A DNA stretch of 64,000 nt from positions 182,094,001 through 182,158,000 of the forward strand of contig OZ024740.1 of assembly GCA_964016885.1 (NCBI GenBank), written 5' to 3'. Under the pieces are notes generated by a model that saw nothing but the letters and a program-made list of their open reading frames with translations, was not told where the DNA came from and made no database searches. The translations under genes and the position numbers were made by a program. Of this stretch, positions 24,997 through 35,687 are shown piece by piece. Position 1 is the stretch's first letter; every line of letters begins with the position of its first letter. This DNA comes from Eledone cirrhosa. Its lineage: Eukaryota.

Positions 24997-27900
24997 TTAC
25001 AGATATATACTCAGAGTAGGCCCATTCACTCGGGCCATTCTTGCTTCTCTCACCCATCTTTCAACAAAATGCTGGGAAGAGAGCACTTCCCTCTCTACTC
25101 TGATTTTCCTTTTCAAATGAAATTTGAAAAAGTCAATCAGAGCATCACCGAAGAGGTAAGTGCTCGTCTTCAGCCCTTTCAAACGTGTCCACCATACTAT
25201 CTCTTTCGCCATGGCCACCAGACAGATAAAAACTGCCTGCCCTTCCCGGCTAAAGGAGGAGGGCGGGGCAATCCTCACGATGGACTCAGATGATAGCTGG
25301 ATCCGTCCTAAACGCGACAGCAGGTGTTCGACATAAACCCACAAGTCAGCAATTTTCGGACACTGGACGAGTGCGTGCAGGACGGTTTCGTCGCCCTGCG
25401 CGCATCTCGGACATGCCCGGCTGACGGCACCTCCATGCCTGTAGAGTTTATCCCGAACTGGCAAGGCTCCTCGGTAGCACTGCCAGGCCAGAGATTTCTG
25501 GAAGTTGTCCATAGGCCCCGGCCCGAAAGTTCTTCCGAAGAGATTGGCTAGTTGATTTTCGTCGACGCCTAGAGTTTCCCCAAGTACGTCGTCGCTCTTC
25601 CCCTGAACTAATCCTCTATAGAACGCCGAGGTGGAGTTTCCACCGATCACATTGCCCGATTGGTCGAGGGCTGTGAGCGCCTGAAGACATTCCAGTCTCC
25701 AGGCGCTCCCTCTCGGTCTTCGCTTGACCCAGGACTGCAGCTCCGTCAAGGAAACGAGCTGGGGAAAAACGCGTCTAGCAAACGGCGACCACACCTGATC
25801 ACCGTCGAGGAAGAGGTGGAGATGCCATAACCTGAGCGCGTGCCTGCGCATCATCAGCCACGGCATGCCCAGCCCTCCACGTAGCGGGTGTTGACAACAG
25901 ATGGACCGCCTGACCATCGGAGCACGTCCCTTCCACAAAAAGCGAAAGAGCAAACGCTCCAGCGCAGTCAGGCGAGGCTTAGGACAAGGTACGACGGTTA
26001 GGCGGTAGCAGATGACAGACGCGATGTACGCGTTAGCCACCTCCGCTCGACCTTTCAGGGATAGCTTCCTCTCCGCCCATTTCTGGGTGAGAGAAGCCAC
26101 CCTGCTCGTCACCTCGTCCCAGTTTTTGTCCGTCTGGAGGTCCGGACCGAACCAGACCCCTAGCAATTTAACCGGTCCGTCCGTCCAGCGCCCAACGACG
26201 CTGTTGGACGGCATGGACCTGCCTCTCCAGGTGCCGAGCTGCAGGCCCACTGACTTTTCCTGGTTGATCATTGCTCCTGTCACCGCTTCGTATTCTCTTA
26301 GTGTAGTGCCGATCGCCTCGATGTGTTTGGCGTTCGACACCACTACGGTGACATCGTCCGCATATGCTGACACGGATCTTCCGCATCCTAGTTCGCGCGG
26401 GACTCCCCTCAACGTCTCCAGTTTGTGCAGTAATGGCTCGAGAGTCAATACGTACAAGAGGGACGAGAGGGGACATCCTTGGCGGACCGAGCGCATGATG
26501 TTGAACGGTTCCGACAGGTGACCGTTCACTCTCACCACAGAGCAGATGTCGCTGTGCATGGCAGCGATCCAGCCTCTGAAGACGGGCCCAAAGCCAGCCG
26601 CCCTCAGGACTGCCGCTAGGTAACGATGGTCGACCCTATCGAAAGCTTTCGACTGATCTAAATTGATCAAGGACCTACCCGTGCCAGGTTCCCTAGCTAC
26701 CCTCTCTACGATGTATCGCATGAGGTGGAGGTTGTCGTGGATGGATCTGTCGGGAATGGCGCATGTCTGCGCCTCTCCCACCAGACCACCAACGACAAGC
26801 GCCAACCTCTTTGCTAGCACCTTGGCCAAAATCTTAAACTCTGTGTTTAGCAGAGTTATGGGCCGGAAATTGTCTATGTTATCCCCCTTGTTCGGATCCT
26901 TTCTCAGCAGTGCCACCGCTCCTCGGCTCACAGAACTGGGAATTCTCCCGTTCTGTTGCCAGTTGCAGTAGACGTCCGCCAAGAGGCCTCCGAACAAGTC
27001 TGGCATCTGTACGTAAAGTTCATAGGGCAGACCATCCAAACCAGGCGATTTACCCCTTGTGCAGCCAGTCATTGCCTCCCGTACTTCAGCGGCTGTTATC
27101 GGCTTTTCGCAACACCTCGCCTCAGTGGCCGAGAGCCGCGGCAGTCCGTCGAGGTAGACACTAAAGTCCATCCCTCTACCCGGCCCCCCGCTGCCCCCGA
27201 ACAGCTGAGCGAAGTGTCGCTGAAAAGCTTCACACATTTGCCCGGGATCGAGTAGCATGCGCCCGTCGTGGTCCACCAAAGACCGGATCGTGGCTTTGTT
27301 GCCACGACGCGCCTCCGCCACCCGGGCCCATTGAACGGCTTTCGTCCCCTCGTGTCTGAGAGCACGCACCCTAGCTCTGACAACGCAGCCTTCGTGCTTT
27401 GCATTGAAGAATTGGTCAAGGGCCAATTTCGCCGCAAGCACGTCGGTCGCAATGCCTTTGCTAAGCGCCTCGTCTAATTTTCTAACTAGTTCTCCCTCTG
27501 CTCTATTTTTCTCTATTGCTAAAGCCTTACTAAACCTAATCGATTCTATTCTAATCGCTCTTTTCAGAGCAAACCACCACTTGTTGTTGACGATGGCCCC
27601 CGTCAACGCCCGCTTAACTAGTTCGCTAATCCGGTCTCTGTAGGCCTTGCGCGCTGGTAAGGACGCGTTTAGCTTCCAGTAGCCGGGTCCTCGTCTATGA
27701 AGCCTATCTAAGTCAAGCACACAGGTCACGAATTTGTGGTCCGTGTAGCTGACTATCTTGAATTGTGGACAGCCTATGCTAGACCTATCTATTTCCCTAC
27801 AAAATACTCTATCTAGATATGATCTGGATGACCCTATGCGGTTTGTCCAAGTCCACATTGGCACATTCGGGAAATCCAATCGGTACCTGTCAGACAGTTC

Positions 27901-28416
27901 AAAACGCCTGAGCAGGTTGGTGAGGCTCTTGCACCCTCCACCCCTATCCACTAATCCCACACAGTCCCAGCGTGCATCTAAGATCCCGTTCCAGTCGCCC
28001 ACTAACACTAAAGAGCGGGACGTTCCAAGAAAGGTCTCCAGACGCCGGAAGAAATCAGGCCGCCCTGCTCCTGTCGGGGCATAGACGGCCACTAGCCTGA
28101 AAGCTTGCCCGTCTCCGCTGGTCACGTCCAGCACCACCAGCTTACCCTCTGGGTCCAGGAAGATGGCCCGTATGGCGAGATCCAAACCTCTCCGAAAAAG
28201 TACAGCAACTCCTCCACCGGATCCAGGACGGCTGGGAGATGCGTACACATCGTAGCCGCCGAAGATCGGTGCGAAGGCCCGTGCTTCGGAGATTCTGGTC
28301 TCGCTGATGGCCACTACATCTATGTTTAGTGACCTGAGGTCGTTGAGCAGGTGACCCTGCTTCCATGACGACCCCAAGCCACGCGCATTTATGCTGCCTA
28401 TTCTGAGTGAGGTCAT
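24997..28416 (-). CDS. Tx1 ORF2: APE endonuclease + reverse transcriptase + C-terminal zinc finger (1139 aa)
   Basis: SINARG, ISETR, VYAP, GDWN, YLDR, TDH (APE); PGYWKLN; SPGLDGLPYE, FRPITLLN, LDQSKAFDRVDH, VRQGCPLS, AYADD (RT); CPRC...ETVLHALVQC. Confidence 0.95.
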   Translation of the reverse strand: MTSLRIGSINARGLGSSWKQGHLLNDLRSLNIDVVAISETRISEARAFAPIFGGYDVYASPSRPGSGGGVAVLFRRGLDLAIRAIFLDPEGKLVVLDVTSGDGQAFRLVAVYAPTGAGRPDFFRRLETFLGTSRSLVLVGDWNGILDARWDCVGLVDRGGGCKSLTNLLRRFELSDRYRLDFPNVPMWTWTNRIGSSRSYLDRVFCREIDRSSIGCPQFKIVSYTDHKFVTCVLDLDRLHRRGPGYWKLNASLPARKAYRDRISELVKRALTGAIVNNKWWFALKRAIRIESIRFSKALAIEKNRAEGELVRKLDEALSKGIATDVLAAKLALDQFFNAKHEGCVVRARVRALRHEGTKAVQWARVAEARRGNKATIRSLVDHDGRMLLDPGQMCEAFQRHFAQLFGGSGGPGRGMDFSVYLDGLPRLSATEARCCEKPITAAEVREAMTGCTRGKSPGLDGLPYELYVQMPDLFGGLLADVYCNWQQNGRIPSSVSRGAVALLRKDPNKGDNIDNFRPITLLNTEFKILAKVLAKRLALVVGGLVGEAQTCAIPDRSIHDNLHLMRYIVERVAREPGTGRSLINLDQSKAFDRVDHRYLAAVLRAAGFGPVFRGWIAAMHSDICSVVRVNGHLSEPFNIMRSVRQGCPLSSLLYVLTLEPLLHKLETLRGVPRELGCGRSVSAYADDVTVVVSNAKHIEAIGTTLREYEAVTGAMINQEKSVGLQLGTWRGRSMPSNSVVGRWTDGPVKLLGVWFGPDLQTDKNWDEVTSRVASLTQKWAERKLSLKGRAEVANAYIASVICYRLTVVPCPKPRLTALERLLFRFLWKGRAPMVRRSICCQHPLRGGLGMPWLMMRRHALRLWHLHLFLDGDQVWSPFARRVFPQLVSLTELQSWVKRRPRGSAWRLECLQALTALDQSGNVIGGNSTSAFYRGLVQGKSDDVLGETLGVDENQLANLFGRTFGPGPMDNFQKSLAWQCYRGALPVRDKLYRHGGAVSRACPRCAQGDETVLHALVQCPKIADLWVYVEHLLSRLGRIQLSSESIVRIAPPSSFSREGQAVFICLVAMAKEIVWWTRLKGLKTSTYLFGDALIDFFKFHLKRKIRVEREVLSSQHFVERWVREARMARVNGPTLSIYL

Positions 28417-28451
28417 GTTTAAAATAGAGTGGAAAAGATGGGAAAGACCAC

Positions 28452-30545
28452 TTACCGTACTTTTGGTAGAGGAGGGATGGTTTTTACATCCCTTTTCACT
28501 TGATCGTCTGGTGAAGGGACCGTTGAATCGTCCCTTCGGCTGGTCGTCGGCTCTTCTAAGAGAATGTCTGAGTATACTCTTCGATTGATGGTTCCTCCTA
28601 GGTCCCTGAAATCACCAACTGCGTTGGGGAATTTCGTTTTAATATTTGTGTATTGTTTCTGTGCTATTTTTAGCAGTCTTATGTTAGTTGGCGTTTTGAT
28701 TGGTGCTGGTATTATGTAGTCCTGTTGTGAAATGTCTGTGTGTTCAATTATGTAAGTCATTAGTTTCTTGTTGTGTGTATTTATTGCCGTGCATTTGTTT
28801 TTCTGGGGGTGGGGTGTGGTTCGGCTATTTTCTTGTCGTTGTTGCTGGGTGTGTGTGTTTTGTTGTTGTGTTTGCGATGTTGGTGCTTGTGGTGGTGGTG
28901 TTGAAGGTCTTGTTGGCGGTGGGGTTGTCGCCGGTGGTGATGGTGGCGCTAGTGTGGGTGGTGATGGTGTTGGTGTTGTTGCTGCTGTGGGTCTCTTTGC
29001 AGTAGACTTTACCCTTTTCTCATTTCTTTCCTCCCTTTTCAAAGGCGACGATGCGCTGCTTCTGCGTTTGTGCCTTCTTACGACCTTTTGCCATCTCTCT
29101 CCCACCTCACACTCCATGTCTGATTCTGTGAGGTCGGGGAGGGGTACCAACTCCACTCTTTCACTTGTTGTTGTTGGTGATGTTTGCACTGGAGTCTCTG
29201 TTGCAGCTGCATTTGGTATTGCTGTTGTTGTTGTTAGTATTTCCACTGCTGCTGCTGTTTTTGATTTCCGTGGAGTGGGTATGGGTGCCACGGGCCTATC
29301 GTTCCTGGTTGCCGCTTGTCCTGTTGCTGGTAGCCGTGGAGCCGGATTCGGAAGGAGGGGGGTTTTCTCCTTTCTCAGGGTCTTCTCGTTGCAGAAGGCC
29401 CTGAGGTGAGTCTTCGATCCACAGCGAAAGCATTTCGGGCGTCTGCCCTCAACACTTATGGGCAGTTGAGTGCCGTTATCGAAGTCTATCACATCCGGGA
29501 TAGCTTCGATGCACTCCTGGTTGGTTTGGATTAGCATCTCAATGGAGGAGCCGACCCAATCTTCTCTTACTTTTTTCTGTACTTGCAGTACAGTTGTTTC
29601 GTCCTCGATTCCGACGAGGACAGACGCGGCCAGCCAAGAAGGGGTCATTCCGGGGGGGACGTGGGTCAGTTTGACCCTCACAATTTTTTGCCCACAGTAG
29701 GAGGGCACCAACACCATTTCCTCGCTCCTTAGGGTCACTACTGATTGGGCCTTTGCCTCCTGGGGTGTGGCAAAAAGTACGTCTACGGTGGCATATTTTT
29801 TGTCTCGGGTGATGTGCGTTTTCCGCTGCCACACAGACCCCAAGGCTTTTTGTATTTGGGCCTCTGTGGCTCTTTCCACCCTACGGGATTTTGAACTTAC
29901 TGTACGGTACGTGACCGTACAGTGCTCTTGGGTTTCGAAAAAATTTTTCGCTGCCTTGCAGATTGCTCGGTGTCCGTTCTTTGTCACCATCTTCTTCGCT
30001 TCCTCTAATTCCTCATTTGTTATGAGGATTGTTTCCAAGTTTTTCGCAATACCTGCAAATGAGATTGGTTTTTCTCTGCTGTTGTTGTCGTCAGAGCTGC
30101 TGGTACTTTTGTTGTTGCTGCAGGTACTACGACTACTGCCTCCGCCGCTGTTGCTGTGGTTGTTGTTGGTGTTGCTGCTGCTAATGCTGTTGTTGTTTAT
30201 GCTGCTGGTGATGCTGTTGCGGCTGCTACTGTTGTTTTCATTGTCACTGTTGCTGTTGTTATTACGGCTGCTACTGCTATTATTCCTGACGTCAGACGAA
30301 TGAACTGGGTTTTCGTATTTCCCGCACACCTGTTTCGTCGCTGTCGTCGTCGTCGTGGAGAAACCTTGCACGCTTTGCACGAGACTTTTCTTTTCTTTCG
30401 TCACTTGCGAAAGAGAAGGGAGGGAGAGAGACACATTTAAAGAAGGGAGGGAGAGAGACAATCTTCTCTCTGCTGTAGTGATGATTGAGGAAGAAGAAGA
30501 CGGAATGAGTGGGAGTGACGTATGAAATTTCTTTTTCGTAGCCAT
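28452..30545 (-). CDS. Tx1 ORF1 gag-like nucleic-acid-binding protein
   Basis: First ATG at 30545. ISFAG motif, RRM-like middle region, CCHC knuckle CFRCGSKTHLRAFC, Ser/Asn- and Pro/Thr-rich tracts. Confidence 0.85.
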   Translation of the reverse strand: MATKKKFHTSLPLIPSSSSSIITTAERRLSLSLPSLNVSLSLPSLSQVTKEKKSLVQSVQGFSTTTTTATKQVCGKYENPVHSSDVRNNSSSSRNNNSNSDNENNSSSRNSITSSINNNSISSSNTNNNHSNSGGGSSRSTCSNNKSTSSSDDNNSREKPISFAGIAKNLETILITNEELEEAKKMVTKNGHRAICKAAKNFFETQEHCTVTYRTVSSKSRRVERATEAQIQKALGSVWQRKTHITRDKKYATVDVLFATPQEAKAQSVVTLRSEEMVLVPSYCGQKIVRVKLTHVPPGMTPSWLAASVLVGIEDETTVLQVQKKVREDWVGSSIEMLIQTNQECIEAIPDVIDFDNGTQLPISVEGRRPKCFRCGSKTHLRAFCNEKTLRKEKTPLLPNPAPRLPATGQAATRNDRPVAPIPTPRKSKTAAAVEILTTTTAIPNAAATETPVQTSPTTTSERVELVPLPDLTESDMECEVGERWQKVVRRHKRRSSASSPLKREERNEKRVKSTAKRPTAATTPTPSPPTLAPPSPPATTPPPTRPSTPPPQAPTSQTQQQNTHTQQQRQENSRTTPHPQKNKCTAINTHNKKLMTYIIEHTDISQQDYIIPAPIKTPTNIRLLKIAQKQYTNIKTKFPNAVGDFRDLGGTINRRVYSDILLEEPTTSRRDDSTVPSPDDQVKRDVKTIPPLPKVR

Positions 30546-30758
30546 GTTTTTTTGTTTAAAATGAAATTTTGGGTACAAAACCCCAATAACTGGTTATTTA
30601 ACCCCGAAGGGCCAAATAACGGACAGAAAGACCCCTCTCACGAGGAGGAGGGTGTCTTTATCAACAATTTGGTTCAAGTTTTAAACAATTTACAATTGTT
30701 TTAACGGTTAAAAATTACTATACCTTACAGAGCCGAGCCTCCGTCAACCATTGCATTC

Positions 30759-30793
<35 letters not shown>

Positions 30794-30959
30794 GGGAAGA
30801 AGACGCACGAGGTGACGGAGGTCATGAAATCGCTCCCGTAAGTTTTGAATTTTTAACATATTTAAATCATTTGTGAAATAACAACTCTTAGTACAAATGC
30901 TACGTAAAGCACCCGGCTTGAGCCCCAAAAAAATTCGGACCCAAAATATATTGTTATAA

Positions 30960-31610
30960 GGCTCAAATATTCAAATATTCAACTTTGTATTGTACACTGT
31001 ATATCCAAAAAAAAATGGCTATAAATGGAAGAAGAAGAACCCCCCCCCCCCCCTCCTCTCCTCTGGCTACACTATATAGGACAGCTAAACTCACCAACAC
31101 CAGAAACTAGATACACCACCCACCCCATCATCTGTGTACACTAAACACAACAGCATTTTTACCTTCACCGCCACCGCTCACTACGGCCATCATTACCACC
31201 ACTATCCCATCACCGCCGCCACCACCCCTTGACTCCTTCACTGCTGCTGCCACCGCTACAGCACCATCACTACAGTAATACGGCTCAAATATTCAAATAT
31301 TCAACTTTGTATTGTACACTGTATATCCCAAAAAAAATAAAATGGCTATAAATGGAAGAAGAAGAACCCCCCCCCCCCGCCCTCCTCTCCTCTGGCTACA
31401 CTATATAGGACAGCGAAACTCACCAACACCAGAAACTAGATACACCACCCACCCCATCATCTGTGTACACTAAACACAACAGCATTTTCACCTTCACCGC
31501 CACCGCTCACTACGGCCATCATTACCACCACTATCCCATCACCGCCGCCACCACCCCCTGACTCCTTCACTGCTGCTGCCACCGCTACAGCACCATCACT
31601 ACAGTAATAC
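30960..31610 (+). repeat. ~325 bp tandem duplication in the A2 leader
   Basis: 30960-31281 and 31282-31610 are nearly identical. Confidence 0.9.
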
Positions 31611-32181
31611 GGTCGCATCACCGCCGCCACTGCCTCGGTATCGACATCACCACCACCACTGTCTCAGTATCGCCAACGCCGCCAGTCTCTGCTGGCTACC
31701 ACTTCCACATTATAGAATTCCTACTACTAACAAAGAGGAAGGCATCAAAATATATAGATAGACTCAAAAGAAAAAAGAAAAAACAAACAACAAAAGCAGC
31801 ACAGCAACAACAGTAAAAAACGAGAAAAACAGAGAAAAACAAAAACAAAAAAAGAAACCCCAAAAACGTAAAGAAAATAAGAATGAAGAGAGAAGCAGGC
31901 GGACGGACAGAGAAGAGGGGGGAAAAAGTAAAACTTAAAAAACAAAAACTAAGTCAGACATTCGAATACTACATTACAATGAAACTTATGCTTATTCATT
32001 TTTGGGGCCCTTTCTGCCCGTGTGTTTGTTTGTTTATGTGTGTCCGTATACAGCGTGGTGATAATGCCACACAAGGGCCAAGTGGGATGGCGGATCCACA
32101 GATGGCTATGTAAACATACATTCGCCAATCCTCGATAAGAGTGTTTAAATATCGAACATAAACAGTTCGAATAACGGTGAA

Positions 32182-35100
32182 ATGGAGACTAGAACGTCAT
32201 GTGACAGACTCTCACCCAACAGGTGCCCCCTGGCTCAGCAGCAGGAACCTGACTGTCAACCAAATACTGCTGATGTTGGAGGAAGAAGAAGAAGGAAAGG
32301 GGCCAGAACCAACTGGACGAAAGAATTGAATAGAACTGTTATGCAATGCTACCTGAAAAGTAACCCCAAGGAGAGGGGCTACAGGAGACGGATGCATAAC
32401 ATCTGGAACGAGATTGGTTTATTTAAATTAGATGAACAAAAATTGGCCGGGCAGGCTCGGGTAATAAGAACTAATGGGTGGATAAGCGAGCTGGAACTGG
32501 AGGAACTGAGCAGAGAGAATGGCTTGGAGATGGCGGGTGTAGTATGCCAGACAAGCGAGCCGGCGGGAAATGAAGGTGAGGAGGTCCTGAGAACGGAGGA
32601 ACCACCCGAAGCAGACAATGATCTGAATACTGAGATAAATAATACCTGGAACAGAGATACGGCGACTGAGGAGATGAATGCTGACGGGCTAGGACAAGAT
32701 TCGGTTGACATCCTAAATTTAGTGGTAGATGAGTTGAACAATGATAGTGGGAGACCTATGAACCTAAGATTTGTAGACAGGAAAAAGTTAAAAGAAACAA
32801 CAGCTAAGGTAAACAAAGTCATCCCATACCTTGAGGCGAGGAGTCTTCACCAGTGCAACAATATCCTCAAAGCAACAGCAAATACGGTGAGGAAACTACT
32901 TGGTATAAAAGCGAGAGGAAACAACAGACAAGAAAGAGCAGAGCCGTGGTGGAAGAAGCGACTGAGTGGGCAAATCGGGGAAATGAAAAATGACATAGGA
33001 AAGCTTGAGTCACTACTGAATGGGACACTAAAAAACATAGGCACTAAAAATAGACTGGAAATAAAATACAAAACTAGGAGTAAAAAGCTAAATATTATCA
33101 TAGAGGAATTGAAGCAACGCATTGTAGCAAAAGTGCCAAAATCAGGCGATACGAGAACAGAGTCAGTCAGTATAAACAGAACCGCATGTTCGACAACAAC
33201 CAGAAGATGCTGTTTGGACAGCTTGAGGGGAAAGAAAGAGGCAACGACTTGATCCCTGGGGCGGAACAAGCTAAAACATTCTGGAGAGGAATATGGGAGC
33301 AGGATGTTAGACACAATGCCCAGGCAGGGTGGATTGAGACAGTACAGAGGGAGATCGGTGAGCAGGCACAGCAACAGACTGATTTGAGTATCACAGTTGA
33401 AACTCTTAAGGGGCAAGCCAAAAAACTAACCAACTGGAAATCACCAGGCCCAGATGGTGTGCAGGGGTATTGGATTAAACATTTAACATCCCTCCACCCG
33501 AAGCTGACGGCCATGTTCAATGACTGCTTGGTGTCGGGTGAGGTGCCAGAGTGGTTGACAAAAGGTACCACAGTTCTGATAATGAAAGACCGAATCAAGG
33601 GTAATGATGTTACCAACTATAGACCTATCACATGTCTGCCCGTAATGTGGAAACTGTTGACGAGCATTGTGTCTGAGGAAATCTACCATCACCTCCACAC
33701 AAACAACTTGTTGCCGGACGAACAGAAAGGATGCCGAAAGAAGTCACGTGGTACAAAGGACCAGTTGCTTATTGATAAGATGGTAATGGGGAATTGCAGG
33801 AGGAGACACACTGATCTTGCCATGGGGTGGATAGACTACAGAAAGGCATTTGACATGGTGCCTCATTCCTGGATCACCAAAAGCCTGGAGATCTTCAGGG
33901 TGGCAGATAACATCAGACAGTTGCTGGGCAGGAGTATGGGGTCCTGGGAGACAGAGTTGACATCAACTGGAGTATCCTTGGGAAGCGTGAAGATCAAGAG
34001 AGGTATCTTCCAGGGAGATAGCCTGTCCCCTCTGTTGTTTGTCCTTGCCCTGATGCCCTTGACCATTATGCTGCGAAAAGTGAGAGCAGGATACAAGTTG
34101 GGAAGGGGAGAGCTTACCATCAATCACCTCATCTTCATGGACGATCTTAAGCTCTTCGGGAAAAGTGAGAAGGAGTTGGATGTGCTTGTTGACACTGTCC
34201 GTATTTTCAGCAGTGATATATGTATGCAGTTTGGTATTGGTAAATGTGGAGTCATTGTGATGAGGAGGGGTAGGTTGAGCAGAAGTAACGGGATCCAGAT
34301 ACCAACAGGTGAGATGATAAAGGAAATTGACTCTGAGGAAGGATACAAGTATTTGGGCGTTCTGGAGGCTGATGGCATAAAGAACAAAAAAAATGAAGGA
34401 ATTGTTAAGAACTGAATACATTCGGAGAGTAAGGAGCGTATTGAAGTCACATCTGAACAGCAGAAATGCCATAAGCGCAGTAAATTCCCGAGCTGTGTCT
34501 ATTATTAGGTACAGTGCGGGAATTCTGAGATGGAATGTTGCTGAACAAAAAGAAATGGATAGGAAGACTAGGAAGCTATTGACTATCTACAACATGTTCC
34601 ACAAGAGGAGTGATGTCGATAGACTCTACCTAAGGAGATCTGAGGGTGGAAGAGGTCTTATCAGCATAGAGGACTGTGTTCAGATGGAGAAAAACAACCT
34701 ATACAAATACGTGACCTATAGTAAGGAGCCAATGCTCAGAGCTGTACTGAAGGAGGGGACAGTAGGCCAGGGGATACCCAAGGAGGAAATAACATCAAGG
34801 AGGAAGAGCAGCTTTAAGGGAAAATCCCTTCATAGTACCTTCTTTGAGAAAACTGAATTTAGAGATCCACAGACATGGAACTGGTTGAGAAGAGGAGACC
34901 TCAAAAAGGCTACAGAAGGAATGCTAATGGCTGCGCAGGAGCAGGCCCTCAAAACGAAGTGGTTGAAGCACCATATCTACAAGGAGGAGGCTAGCCCACT
35001 GTGCAGGATCTGTGGAGAGAGAGAGAGGAGACTGTGGCTCACATTGTGTCCGAGTGTAAACACCTAGCCCAGACCCACTATAAGGGTTGGAGACACGATG

Positions 35101-35576
35101 TGATGGGCAGGGTGAACCACTGGCACCTGTGCAAAGTAAACAATCTACCACATTCTGAGAAATGGTATGAGCATAGGCCAGAGGCGGTGATGGAGAACAG
35201 TCAGGTGAAGGTGCTGTGGGATTTTAGGATACAGACGGACAAAAAACTGGAACACAATAGACCTGACCTGGTGGTTGTGGACAAAGAAAAAAGATCGTGC
35301 CTGATTGTGGATGTGGCCTGCCCGTTCGACACGAGAGTGCAAGAGAAGGAGAGGGAGAAAATTAACCGATACCAGGACCTAAAGTGGGAGGTGAAAAGGA
35401 TTTGGAACTGCCATGAAGTCAAAGTGATCCCGATTGTCATAGGCGCACTGGGGACTATCTCCAAAGGTTTCCAGGGATGGTTAAAGAAAATCGGCCCCTT
35501 CACGCTTTTTGGAACGCTTCAAAAGGCATGCTTGCTTGGAACGGCAAGAACCCTCCGATACGTCCTGAATATCTGA
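32182..35576 (+). pseudogene. Family A single ORF (N-terminal domain, RT, CCHC, RLE), frameshifted at ~33130, ~34390, ~35020
   Basis: WTKELNRTVMQCYLKS, YRPITCL, WIDYRKAFD, GIFQGDSLSPLLF, FMDDLKL, CRIC...HIVSEC, RHD, RPD. Confidence 0.93.
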
Positions 35577-35687
35577 GGCTGCAGGTAGTGGCTTGATATT
35601 CAATCCAACGGACTTTCCAGTTAACCAACATCAATGACTGAGATTCAAGGAATAACAATAACAATAATAATAATAATAATAATAATA

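Larger units (their letters stand above)
24747..30758 (-). mobile_element. Full-length Tx1-clade (L1 group) non-LTR retrotransposon
   Basis: Two open ORFs, ~210 nt 5' UTR, AATAAA at 24753-24758 (minus strand), flanked on both sides by (TAA)n. Confidence 0.92.
30794..35687 (+). mobile_element. R4/Dong-like family A, full-length copy with long leader (A2)
   Basis: Leader 30794-32181 (its attachment to the element is inferred). ORF 32182-35576 has three frameshifts. 3' UTR and (CAA/TAA)n tail. Confidence 0.9.

Noticed and set aside
25324-30440. Many plus-strand ORFs over the Tx1 element
   Set aside because: Antisense shadows of GC-rich coding and triplet-repeat sequence, with no recognisable motifs.
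30794-30860. HDV-like ribozyme at the start of the shared head
   Set aside because: Could not build P1/P2/P3/P1.1, and the candidate stem is not conserved in the 35688 copy.
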